Shown in pieces: positions 1 through 9,073 of a stretch of 64,000 nucleotides of DNA. The notes beneath the pieces were generated by a model. It did no database searches. It was not told the DNA's origin and was given only the letters and a program-made list of their open reading frames with translations. The translations under genes and the position numbers were made by a program. This stretch comes from a virus. Lineage: Duplodnaviria > Caudoviricetes. Numbering within the stretch: position 1 is the stretch's first letter; every line of letters starts with the position of its first letter. The DNA is taken from IMG/VR virus record IMGVR_UViG_3300015608_004971. The stretch is one strand, 5' to 3'.

Positions 1-405
1 CCATCAAAAGCACATAAACAAGATGCCGGATATGATTTATATGCTTATCTTAAAGAACCAAAAACATTGATTCCTGGCGAATCAGCATTAATAGGGACAG
101 GAATAAAAGTTTCTGTGCCAGAAACATATGCAATGCATATTGCAAATCGTTCTGGTTTGGCAAGCAAATTTCAACTTTTTGTTGGTGCTTGTATTGTAGA
201 TTCTGGCTATTCAAATGAAGTGTTCGTCAATATTCATAATTTTGGCAAAACAGATTATACGATTAGCCCAGGCGATAGAATTGCCCAAGCAATGATATAT
301 AAACTTTATTCAGATCAATGTTTAGAAGTAACAAATGAAGAATATACTGAGCACATGTCAAAATACGATCGTAATGAAAAAGGTTTTGGCTCGTCAGGAA
401 AATAA
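1..405 (+). CDS. dut: trimeric dUTPase (5'-truncated by window edge)
   Basis: Frame 1 is open from base 1 with AGYDL, RSGLA, VDSGY, GDRIAQ and R..KGFGSSG, the five dUTPase motifs. Confidence 0.95.
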   Translation, partial: PSKAHKQDAGYDLYAYLKEPKTLIPGESALIGTGIKVSVPETYAMHIANRSGLASKFQLFVGACIVDSGYSNEVFVNIHNFGKTDYTISPGDRIAQAMIYKLYSDQCLEVTNEEYTEHMSKYDRNEKGFGSSGK

Positions 406-406
406 A

Positions 407-652
407 ATGAAAAAAAAATCAATCAAAAAAATCAGAAATCAAAAAAATAAAGAAATAGCAGAAAGCACAAGTCTTATGCTTAATAAACCTGATCATTGTC
501 ATTTTTGTAAAGCATCTTTTGATGAAAAAAGCAAAGAAGATCATATGACATGGGCAGTTGCTGTTAATGAAAAAGAAGGAAGGGTTTTTTTATATTGTCC
601 AAAATGTAAAGAAGCTGCAAAAAAAGCTTATGAAGCAATTACACAACCATAA
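407..652 (+). CDS. small basic zinc-ribbon protein
   Basis: ATG 407 just after dut stop; CHFC...CPKC. Confidence 0.65.
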   Translation: MKKKSIKKIRNQKNKEIAESTSLMLNKPDHCHFCKASFDEKSKEDHMTWAVAVNEKEGRVFLYCPKCKEAAKKAYEAITQP

Positions 653-965
653 AGAATTTATATCTTATCTTCGCAACAATAAACAAACTCTTGTTTATTT
701 CTTTAAAGATTCTTGTATTAAATGCAAAGAGTTAAAAGAAGATGTCAATAAAATATATGAATGGTCCATCATGGAAAAAATTGAGTTTTGTAAAGTTGAT
801 ATAAATGAAGATGACATTTTAAGAACTTTATTTGGCGAATATGGTGTTCCAACATTTATATTATTTGAAGGCGATCGAGATGGAAAAGAAATTCCATATC
901 CAAAAAATGGATACAATAAAGAATATATAATTAATTATTTAAGAGGAATTAATGAGCAGCTTTAA
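630..965 (+). CDS. thioredoxin-like protein
   Basis: CIKC active site, KVDI, GVPTF cis-Pro motif; ATG at 630. Confidence 0.85.
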   Translation: MKQLHNHKEFISYLRNNKQTLVYFFKDSCIKCKELKEDVNKIYEWSIMEKIEFCKVDINEDDILRTLFGEYGVPTFILFEGDRDGKEIPYPKNGYNKEYIINYLRGINEQL

Positions 966-1992
966 AACAAAAGAAATTCAATTAAGCTTTGATGATGTGC
1001 TGCTTGTGCAGCAACAGTCAGATATTTCATCAAGAAAAGATATTAATTTAGCGCCAATAAAACCAATTTTAGATTTTGATTTAAAATTACCCTATATTGC
1101 TAGTCCAATGAGCACAGTTTCAGAATCAGAAATGGCGAGTAAAATTGGCGAACTTGGTGCTCTTGCAATTATTCATAGATACAACTCAATTGATGAGCAA
1201 GTAAAAATCTGCCAGAATATAAAAAATGTCCCTTATGGCGCCGCAATTGGCGTATTAGATACGTTGGAAAGAGCAGAACAGCTTTATAACAAAGCAGGCT
1301 GTAGACTTTTTTGTATTGATGTTGCACATGGATTTAATACTAATGTATATAATGCCATAAGAGAGCTTCAAAAGTGGTCTAATAACAAAAAAATTCATAT
1401 AATGGCCGGAAATATTGCAACTTATGAAGGTTTTGCTTATTTAAGTGAAGCTGGCGCAAGTTCAATTAGATCAGGGATAGGCCCAGGTTCAATATGCGAA
1501 ACGCAAGTTCAAACTGGACACGGAATGCCACAATTAGCTTCTATTTTAGATATTGTTAAGGGAATGAGGCCCTATAATTCTAATACTATATTAATTGCTG
1601 ATGGTGGAATAAAAAATTCTGGTGATGTTGCAAAAGCCTTAGCCGCAGGTGCAGATTATGTAATGATGGGATCTGTATTTTCTGGCACAGACGAAGCGCC
1701 TGGCCAATTTATAAAAACAGCAGATGGAAGAATGGTAAAACCTTATAATGGAATGGCTTCAAAAGAAAGTCAAATTCAATGGAAAGGAACTTTTTCTTCT
1801 CTTGAAGGTATTTCGTCCTTTTCTACAAGAAAAGGTTCTGTAGCAGATGTAATAGACGAATTAAATCGTGGATTAAAGAGCGCCCTATCATATTCAGGAG
1901 CTACCAATTTATCAGATTTTTTCTATAAAGCAGAATTTATTATAAGAACTTCATCTGGAATATTAGAAGGAACTGGCCATCATGCCAAATAA
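952..1992 (+). CDS. IMP dehydrogenase / GMP reductase family (no CBS domains)
   Basis: SFDDVLL, ASPMSTV, IDVAHG, GIGPGSIC (catalytic Cys), IADGGI, MMGS, YNGMAS. Confidence 0.92.
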   Translation: MSSFKTKEIQLSFDDVLLVQQQSDISSRKDINLAPIKPILDFDLKLPYIASPMSTVSESEMASKIGELGALAIIHRYNSIDEQVKICQNIKNVPYGAAIGVLDTLERAEQLYNKAGCRLFCIDVAHGFNTNVYNAIRELQKWSNNKKIHIMAGNIATYEGFAYLSEAGASSIRSGIGPGSICETQVQTGHGMPQLASILDIVKGMRPYNSNTILIADGGIKNSGDVAKALAAGADYVMMGSVFSGTDEAPGQFIKTADGRMVKPYNGMASKESQIQWKGTFSSLEGISSFSTRKGSVADVIDELNRGLKSALSYSGATNLSDFFYKAEFIIRTSSGILEGTGHHAK

Positions 1993-2542
1993 AAAATATA
2001 TAAAGAAAACCCCAGAAGAGAGATTCAACCCAGATAAAATGGGTAGTAATTTCTTTAAGCCAAAAAAGAAATTCTCTTATGTAAGAAATGTCAGAGATAT
2101 AGAATACTCTGATCTTAATAAACTTCGTTTTGTTCATAAAAGAATTAGAAAAAGATATTCAAAGAAAAGTGAAATAGAAGGTCTTCTTATTTATGTTAAT
2201 AAAAAAATGATGTATGAAGCATATCAAAGACTTATGGCCTTGGGTATGACACCACAACATCTTTTTCACCAGATGTTATCATTGATTGTCGACAACGATC
2301 CTATTGTTACAGAAGAGTTTTTAAAATATTGTAGAGCGTCTTTTTCATCAACAATGAATAGAAAAGCAAAAGGAAAATTGTCTCATATAAAAAAGACAGT
2401 TCTGGCTGAACAAACAATGGCCCCAGAAGGATATAAAGAGCCAGAGGATAGACTTTTATCAGAGGATGAACTTAAAAATCTTTATGATTTTTATAATAAA
2501 GAATCCTTTAGTGATGATGAAGATTATTTTTTAGATTTTTAA
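1982..2542 (+). CDS. hypothetical protein
   Basis: 186-aa ORF overlapping the upstream stop. Confidence 0.7.
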   Translation: MPNKKYIKKTPEERFNPDKMGSNFFKPKKKFSYVRNVRDIEYSDLNKLRFVHKRIRKRYSKKSEIEGLLIYVNKKMMYEAYQRLMALGMTPQHLFHQMLSLIVDNDPIVTEEFLKYCRASFSSTMNRKAKGKLSHIKKTVLAEQTMAPEGYKEPEDRLLSEDELKNLYDFYNKESFSDDEDYFLDF

Positions 2543-2552
2543 GGAAAACAAT

Positions 2553-2846
2553 ATGGAAATAGAAAATATAAAAACAAAAAATGAATGTTCACAAGAATGC
2601 TCAAATAAAGGAAGGCAATGTGATAATAAATTTTGTGAAAATTGGATAGAATATCCTGAAGATAATAATTGTATTGATATTGCTTTGGCAAAAAATGATT
2701 ATAAAGAAATGACATATGAACAAATTTCAAAAAGAATGGGCATAACATCAATGGGCGCTCATTATATTGAAAAAAAGGCATTAAAAAAAATTGAACAAAA
2801 AGAATCAGATACTTTAAGGGAATTTTTGTGTCAAGAGAAACAATAA
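2553..2846 (+). CDS. Cys-rich protein with sigma70 region-4-like HTH
   Basis: MTYEQISKRMGITSMGAHYIEKKALKKI resembles the sigma 4.2 HTH; SD AAGGA. Confidence 0.7.
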   Translation: MEIENIKTKNECSQECSNKGRQCDNKFCENWIEYPEDNNCIDIALAKNDYKEMTYEQISKRMGITSMGAHYIEKKALKKIEQKESDTLREFLCQEKQ

Positions 2847-3055
2847 AAATAGTAAAAATAATACACAAAAAAGAATGTGGATGCTGTTTCTTCATAAAAC
2901 AAGGTAAAATTAAAAAATCAACTTTGATTGCTGAAAAAGATATTATTGATATTAATTTTACATTAGAAGAATATAAGTGCGAAGAACACTCTACAGATCT
3001 AATAAAAATAGATTATGAAATAACAGATCAAATAACAGAAAACAAAATTTAAACA

Positions 3056-3063
3056 CTATTTAT
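3056..3063 (+). promoter_or_regulatory. putative late-promoter motif CTATTTAT
   Basis: Same word recurs at 6114-6121 and 7638-7645, each intergenic and 30-55 nt upstream of a start. Confidence 0.4.
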
Positions 3064-3094
3064 TAATGAATTTTTTAAGGAGAAAATAATCTAA

Positions 3095-3715
3095 ATGAAA
3101 AATAAAGATTTCACAAAGAGAGAAAAAGACCAACTCGTTGAGGGTCTTATGCGTAGAGCAGGTCTTGGAAAGCATGTAAGAAAGTTTGTTAATAAAAGAG
3201 ATGGCCTACTTAAAGAGGGTTATGATCCTCTTCAAGACGAGGAAGAGGACGAAGAGGATCTATTTGGTAGCGACCAAAATGACCCAGTAGATGGTGGCGC
3301 ACCAGATGCAGCAGATTTACCACCAGAGGCAGGCTCCGATGTTGTGGATCCATCTGCAGATCTTTCAGACCCAGATACAGGCTTGGGTTTGGAGCCTGGG
3401 ACACCACCAGCACAAATTACACCAGAGCAAGTTGCAAAAGCTGTTGTTGATGCTCTAAAAGGCTTAAATCTTGTTTCATATGAGGATGAAAGCGATGAAA
3501 TGGCAGGTGATGAGCTTGGTGCCGATTTAGATCTCGGAAGTGAGCCATCAGCGCCAGCACCAGAAACTGAAAAAAGCGATGTAGATCTTTCAGTTTCAGA
3601 TGACGGCATGGGTGATACCGACGTATCAGTTTCAGATGAAGAGGAAACTGATGAGGATAAAGAAGTAAATAAATTAGCAGAAGCAATTGTTCGTGCTATA
3701 AGAAAAGGCAAATAA
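3095..3715 (+). CDS. acidic low-complexity protein, possibly head scaffold or internal virion protein
   Basis: D/E/P-rich; LVE, LKE and LAE motifs; SD AAGGAG; followed by a terminator. Confidence 0.6.
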   Translation: MKNKDFTKREKDQLVEGLMRRAGLGKHVRKFVNKRDGLLKEGYDPLQDEEEDEEDLFGSDQNDPVDGGAPDAADLPPEAGSDVVDPSADLSDPDTGLGLEPGTPPAQITPEQVAKAVVDALKGLNLVSYEDESDEMAGDELGADLDLGSEPSAPAPETEKSDVDLSVSDDGMGDTDVSVSDEEETDEDKEVNKLAEAIVRAIRKGK

Positions 3716-3754
3716 TAAGTAAACAATCCAAATATGTTATAGATTGTTTTTGTT

Positions 3755-3783
3755 GGGCACCTCTATTGGTGCCCTTCTTTTTT
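3755..3783 (+). terminator. intrinsic terminator
   Basis: GGGCACC-TCTATT-GGTGCCC followed by T-rich tract. Confidence 0.8.
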
Positions 3784-3794
3784 GGTGATATAAA

Positions 3795-4427
3795 ATGCAG
3801 ATAAATGAAAAAAATATTTTAATATTAAAAAATAAACTTTCACAAGAAGGAATAAGAATCATAAATAAAAAAGATTCAAAATTTATGAAATTATTGTCTT
3901 TTTTAATTTTTTTTAATAAAAACTTTATGACAAGCTTTACAACAACAATAGGAAACATAATATACGTTTCAACAGAATTTGAACAACGTGAAAATATATC
4001 AAAAGTAATAACACTCTTGCATGAATTTGTCCATTTTCAACAAAAAAATAATGATAAACTTTTTCAAGTGAAATATCTATTTCCGCAAATATTAATATTA
4101 TTTTCTTTATTTCTTTTTCCTTTTATTGGATTAATCTCTTTATTATTTTTATTATTTTTACTTCCAATTCCTGCTTATTTTCGTATGAAAGCTGAAGTAG
4201 AAGCATATGGAATAAATCTTTTTTTATTTGAAAAATCCGGCTCATTCCATATGGAACATGAATTTGAAAATTGTGTTAAGCAATTTATTTCGCCAAATTA
4301 TTTCTTTATGTGGCCTTTTGAAGATAATATAAGAAAAAGATTATTAAAGTCATGGCATAATATTTCTGATGGCAATCCTACCGAAAAGCAAAGAAAATCA
4401 TTAAAACTATTAATAGATTCTCTGTAG
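3795..4427 (+). CDS. membrane-associated zincin-like metallopeptidase
   Basis: HEFVH, downstream EVEAY, hydrophobic hairpin. Confidence 0.65.
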   Translation: MQINEKNILILKNKLSQEGIRIINKKDSKFMKLLSFLIFFNKNFMTSFTTTIGNIIYVSTEFEQRENISKVITLLHEFVHFQQKNNDKLFQVKYLFPQILILFSLFLFPFIGLISLLFLLFLLPIPAYFRMKAEVEAYGINLFLFEKSGSFHMEHEFENCVKQFISPNYFFMWPFEDNIRKRLLKSWHNISDGNPTEKQRKSLKLLIDSL

Positions 4428-4456
4428 CCACTAAGGCGTCAAGAAAAAAGTAGCCC

Positions 4457-4485
4457 TTGACAGGACACACGAGGGCTGTTATACT
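4457..4485 (+). promoter_or_regulatory. sigma70-type promoter upstream of groEL
   Basis: TTGACA-17-TATACT with TGn extension. Confidence 0.8.
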
Positions 4486-4554
4486 CAGTCAGACTAGCTT
4501 GACCGCTGGCTAGACTGTGTGGACAGCCCATTATCTAATTAGTTTAGAGGAAAA

Positions 4555-6108
4555 ATGCAAAATTTTGTTAATAAAAAAGATTTTAAAAATACTGTTGTAA
4601 AAAATGCACAATATATGTCAGAAACAGTTGGTTCAACTTTAGGGCCGCATGGAAAAAATGTGCTATTAAAAGCTAAGGATGGGAATCCTCTTATCACAAA
4701 AGATGGCGTAACAGTAGCAAAATTCCTTAAAGGAAAAACAGCAGAAGACGATGCAATTATCAACATAATAAGACAAGCATCGCTGGCTACAGCGAGAGAG
4801 GCTGGAGATGGGACAACATCTACAGTTGTTTTAGCTTCTGATTTACTGGCAACTGGGATTGAAAAAGAGTGGCATCATATTGAGAATTCTTTTAATGAAT
4901 TTTATGATTTTGTTGTTGATAAGTTAAAAGAAAATTCATTTCAAATAGAATCTATCGAAGATATAGAAAACATAGCAACATTATCGGCTAATAATGATAG
5001 AAAATTGGGACATATCGTTGCAGATGCAGTAGATTCTGTTGGGAAAAATGGTTCAATAACAATTCAAAAAAGTCCAAATCATGATACATTCACAAAAACG
5101 TATGATGGTTTCCAATTTCAGAGTGGCTATTTTAGTTCAAGATTTATTACTAACGAAAAATCGTCGTCAGTAGACTATGGAGAAAGTAATATTTTCATTA
5201 CAGACTTTAAACTTACGAATTTAGAACCACTGCTGCCGATGCTTGCTTTGGCCACAAGAGAAAATAAGCCATTAATTATTATCGCAGATGATTTTGATGG
5301 CGAAGTAATTGCATCATTTATGGCAAATGCATTAAAAGGAACACTGAAGATCTGTCCAATAAAAGCACCAAAATATGGCCAGTCAAAAGTAGATTTTCTT
5401 GAAGATTTGGCAGATGTAACAGGTGGTACATTTTTTTCTAGAATAGAATTTGCAAGCTTAAATGATTTTGACTTTAATAAAGCAACACCAGCAATATTTG
5501 GAAAAATTAATCAAATTACAATTGATAGAAAATCAACAAATATAATTTCTGCATTGAATAATAACGAAAAAGTTTTAAATAAAATAAATCATCTAAAAGA
5601 TTCGCTTCGTGCCGCAAACGAAGCAGAAGGAAGAGAAATTCAAGAAAGAATAACAAGATTGGCGTCAACAATGTCGATAATCTATGTTGGCGGTTCCTCA
5701 GACATTGAAATAGAAGAAAAAAGACATAGAATTGAAGATGCAATTGAGGCGGTCAAATCTGCACAAGAATTTGGCTATCAAATTGGTGGAACATTCCCGC
5801 TTTTGAAGATAATTCAAGATTATCAACCTGATAATCAAAATATAATATTATTAAGATCTTGTTATTCAATAATAAGAAAAATTATTGAAAATGGAAATTA
5901 TAATATATCTTTTGAGGAAATTTTTGAGTTTTGCAAGAACAATAAAGATAATAAAGAAATAGGATTAGATTTTCTAACAAAACAAAAAATAAATTATAAA
6001 GAAAAAGGAATTATTGAGCCAACAAAAGTAACAATAAGCATTTTAAAGAATACAATTTCAATTGCCTCTGTCCTTTTGGCTACTTCTTGCTCAATTTGTG
6101 AATTATAA
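4555..6108 (+). CDS. groEL: chaperonin GroEL-like (phage type)
   Basis: TLGPHG, ITKDGVTVAK, AGDGTTS, LSANND, KAPKYG, RIEDA. Confidence 0.95.
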   Translation: MQNFVNKKDFKNTVVKNAQYMSETVGSTLGPHGKNVLLKAKDGNPLITKDGVTVAKFLKGKTAEDDAIINIIRQASLATAREAGDGTTSTVVLASDLLATGIEKEWHHIENSFNEFYDFVVDKLKENSFQIESIEDIENIATLSANNDRKLGHIVADAVDSVGKNGSITIQKSPNHDTFTKTYDGFQFQSGYFSSRFITNEKSSSVDYGESNIFITDFKLTNLEPLLPMLALATRENKPLIIIADDFDGEVIASFMANALKGTLKICPIKAPKYGQSKVDFLEDLADVTGGTFFSRIEFASLNDFDFNKATPAIFGKINQITIDRKSTNIISALNNNEKVLNKINHLKDSLRAANEAEGREIQERITRLASTMSIIYVGGSSDIEIEEKRHRIEDAIEAVKSAQEFGYQIGGTFPLLKIIQDYQPDNQNIILLRSCYSIIRKIIENGNYNISFEEIFEFCKNNKDNKEIGLDFLTKQKINYKEKGIIEPTKVTISILKNTISIASVLLATSCSICEL

Positions 6109-6170
6109 ATAAACTATTTATTATGATCTTTTGATCTAAAATTATTATCATCAATTGAAGGAAAACAAGA

Positions 6171-6491
6171 ATGAACAATGACTCTGTTAATAGTAAAGAA
6201 ATTTACAATCAATTGATCGAAATAACAAAGCAGTTGCAAGAAAACGGCAAGCAGGCCAGCAAAATATCAGATCTTGATAGATTAATAAACAAAGTAGAAG
6301 ATATGGGTACAAAAGTAGATAATCTATCAATTAAAATAGCTTCAATAGAAAAGCCCGATGAGGGTCTTTACTCTCGTGTTAGAGATATAGAAAAGTGGAA
6401 AGAAGGTGTCGTAAAAATTGTTACAGTTATCGGTACGGCCGTTATTGGTCTTATAGGTAAAGTAGCATATGATCTTCTTGCGAAGAAATAA
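6171..6491 (+). CDS. coiled-coil protein with C-terminal membrane helix (XhlA/holin-like architecture)
   Basis: Heptad-rich N-terminus, then IVTVIGTAVIGLIG. Confidence 0.5.
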   Translation: MNNDSVNSKEIYNQLIEITKQLQENGKQASKISDLDRLINKVEDMGTKVDNLSIKIASIEKPDEGLYSRVRDIEKWKEGVVKIVTVIGTAVIGLIGKVAYDLLAKK

Positions 6492-6509
6492 CAATAAAAC
6501 GGATAAATA

Positions 6510-6962
6510 ATGAAAAATAAAAATGCAAAAGAGAGCTTTGAAAAGCTTAAGGAGCTTATATTATCTAAATATCCCGATTTAACTGGAATTGAAGAATCAA
6601 AAAATAAAGAACAACAAACATATTATGATCTAAAAGATAGAAAAATTTATATCTATTATCGAATGCAAACAAATAAAAAGATTTTTTTCCTTCTTCATGA
6701 AGCTGGGCATCATGCTTATAGAAGTAATAAATTATTACAAAATAAATTTACATCACTTTCAAAAGGCATCAATAGTGCCTCTTTAACAAAAAGAACAAGA
6801 TTAGACCATCTAAGAGAAGAGTTTGGGGCATGGGAAATAGCTTTTGAGCTTGCTGATGAGTTTGATATAGAAATTGATTATTCTGATATGAGAATACTTC
6901 TTCATAGCTGCTTATTTCATTATATAGAATGGTTTAAGAATCCTAAAAAATATAGATTTTAA
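6510..6962 (+). CDS. ImmA/IrrE-like HExxH metallopeptidase
   Basis: LLHEAGH and downstream EEFGAW. Confidence 0.65.
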   Translation: MKNKNAKESFEKLKELILSKYPDLTGIEESKNKEQQTYYDLKDRKIYIYYRMQTNKKIFFLLHEAGHHAYRSNKLLQNKFTSLSKGINSASLTKRTRLDHLREEFGAWEIAFELADEFDIEIDYSDMRILLHSCLFHYIEWFKNPKKYRF

Positions 6963-6970
6963 GAGGACAA

Positions 6971-7636
6971 ATGAATTATAATTTTATTCCAATCGATAAA
7001 GCCCCGACTGGCTTTAAATATAGAAAAGAATTCGAAGCAGCATATTTGAATTCACATTACGCAGGAATTCCCGATCTAGGAAGAAAAAATTGGCTTTGCG
7101 GAATGAAGATCGACCCAGACATATATAAAACAATGTATTCTGCTGATATGTCGGAAGAAAATTATCTCAAATCTATTATGAAATATATGACTGATAAGGT
7201 TCATGGTCGAAAATTTAGACCAATTTATGGAAATTGTGTATATTTTAAACATAGACTTGTCAAGAGCAATTCAAAAGAATGGTTTGAATTATTATTTTAT
7301 ACGAACAAAGAAGATGTTGAAGTTTTTCTTGATATTTATAAAGAATTAGGAAAAACAAAAGATGACGACGCTCAGCAAAAAGAGTTAGATAAGGCAAAAG
7401 AAGAAATGGATAAAGCGCAGCCAGATGCAGATCCAGAAAATATTATCAAATCTATCTTGAGTGGCGATAATATTCCTCAAAAAAGAAAAAGAGGCAGACC
7501 ACCAAAATCAGCATCATTTTCTTTAAAGTCGTTCAAGGATGCATCAGTTTCTCCAATGGAACAAGTTAAAAAGAATATGTCTAAAACGAACACAAATGGC
7601 CCTAAAAAAAGAGGAAGACCCAAAAAGGTACGCTAA
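6971..7636 (+). CDS. protein with two AT-hook motifs
   Basis: KRGRPPK and KRGRPKK in the C-terminal half. Confidence 0.7.
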   Translation: MNYNFIPIDKAPTGFKYRKEFEAAYLNSHYAGIPDLGRKNWLCGMKIDPDIYKTMYSADMSEENYLKSIMKYMTDKVHGRKFRPIYGNCVYFKHRLVKSNSKEWFELLFYTNKEDVEVFLDIYKELGKTKDDDAQQKELDKAKEEMDKAQPDADPENIIKSILSGDNIPQKRKRGRPPKSASFSLKSFKDASVSPMEQVKKNMSKTNTNGPKKRGRPKKVR

Positions 7637-7672
7637 TCTATTTATAATAAAGAATTAATTTTGGGGATTAAA

Positions 7673-8167
7673 ATGAATTTCAATAAATGGAAAAATTTTT
7701 TAAATGAACAAAAATATAATCCAAAAATTGGATATCATAGAACAACAATAAAAAATTTTGAATTAATAAAAAATAATGGCTTATTGATAAATCAAGATTC
7801 AAATTTTTTATTGAGCGAAAAAAATTTGATGAAAAACATATATAAAGGAAATATTCCGCTATTCTTTTCATTAGATATTGATACAAGCAGAAGATATAAA
7901 ATGGAAAATGATATTTGTTTAGTGATTGATGTTTCACATTTTAATCTATATCCAGATGTTTGGTCTTTAATAGATTTTGGTGCTTTTCTTGAAGAAGAAA
8001 GTTTCTGGTTTAAAAATCCTCCAGGATTATTAAAAGAATATGATGAGATTTATTATAATGAATTATTTGATGATAATCTTCTTATTCAAAATTGTATTTT
8101 AACAACAAAAACATTTACAATATTAAATAATATCAATAAAAATAATATTATAGAGGTTATAAAATAA
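7673..8167 (+). CDS. possible ADP-ribosyltransferase-fold protein with virion-leader-like N-terminus
   Basis: YHRT..NFELI..NGL and LFFS pattern; WKNFLNE leader. Confidence 0.4.
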   Translation: MNFNKWKNFLNEQKYNPKIGYHRTTIKNFELIKNNGLLINQDSNFLLSEKNLMKNIYKGNIPLFFSLDIDTSRRYKMENDICLVIDVSHFNLYPDVWSLIDFGAFLEEESFWFKNPPGLLKEYDEIYYNELFDDNLLIQNCILTTKTFTILNNINKNNIIEVIK

Positions 8168-8992
8168 ATGAGCAATATTTTTAAAACTTTATTCGATTGG
8201 TTTGCAACTTTATTTACAGCGGCAAACGAAACACCAAAAGAACAGCTAACAGGAATTGACAGACGCTTTCCCGAAGGTCGCGGTTTTTATATTTGGCGTC
8301 TTGAAAAATGTTATGGCGGCGATCTTGACAAAATAATTGAAAGATGTAAAAAAAGCCATATAACTTGGGTTGCAGTTAAATGTGGTGACCAAGGACGCCA
8401 ATGGAACCAATTTACGAAACAAATGGTTAAGCGATTTACCGATTCAGGAATTCGTGTTTGGGCTTGGTCATATGATACACCAACATTTTTAAAAGAACAA
8501 ACAGAAGTATATAAAAAAGTTTTAGGTATGGGTATAGATGGGGTACTGGTCAACGCAGAGCAAGAATGGAAACAATCTAATGTTGATAAAGTAGCTGCCA
8601 AATATATGGATATGCTTAGAGCAATTATTCCAAAAGATAAAGGATTGGCACATGCTCCATTTGCATTAATTTCATATCATCAAAAATTTCCATATACAGA
8701 ATTTGGAAAAAAGTGTGATTGGGTTTCACCACAAATGTATTGGTATGCATTTGGCTGGTCAGTATCAGATGCGCAAGATAAAACACAAACATCGTGGAAT
8801 CGTTTTGCAACACAAAAACCAGAAGCAAATAAACCATTAGTCATGGGCGGCTCATCATGGGGAAAAACAAAACCAGCAGATTGTATAGCATTTGAGAAAT
8901 TAAGAAAATTATCGGGCGATAAAGCTGTTCTTTATTGGGAATTTTCCCAAACAGATGAAAAAGTATTTGATATATTTACTCAACCTTATTAG
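8168..8992 (+). CDS. TIM-barrel glycoside hydrolase, probable endolysin
   Basis: GRGFYIW, WVAVK, VWAW, VNAEQE, PQMYW pattern of GH18/GH25-like cell-wall hydrolases. Confidence 0.6.
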   Translation: MSNIFKTLFDWFATLFTAANETPKEQLTGIDRRFPEGRGFYIWRLEKCYGGDLDKIIERCKKSHITWVAVKCGDQGRQWNQFTKQMVKRFTDSGIRVWAWSYDTPTFLKEQTEVYKKVLGMGIDGVLVNAEQEWKQSNVDKVAAKYMDMLRAIIPKDKGLAHAPFALISYHQKFPYTEFGKKCDWVSPQMYWYAFGWSVSDAQDKTQTSWNRFATQKPEANKPLVMGGSSWGKTKPADCIAFEKLRKLSGDKAVLYWEFSQTDEKVFDIFTQPY

Positions 8993-9023
8993 TTAAGGTT
9001 CATGGATTTTTTTGAGTTTTGCG

Positions 9024-9061
9024 GCGGTGATTGGTCGGCCTTTCACCGCTTTTTCTTTTTT
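9024..9061 (+). terminator. intrinsic terminator
   Basis: GCGGTGA...TCACCGC followed by T tract. Confidence 0.65.
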
Positions 9062-9073
9062 AAAGAGGAAATT

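Noticed and set aside
3232-3726. Minus-strand ORFs generally, e.g. the Ser-rich 164-aa ORF
   Set aside because: Shadows of well-supported plus-strand genes with no recognisable motifs
9002-9073. Ligase start at 9002
   Set aside because: This stretch is a terminator hairpin; the SD-supported start is 9074
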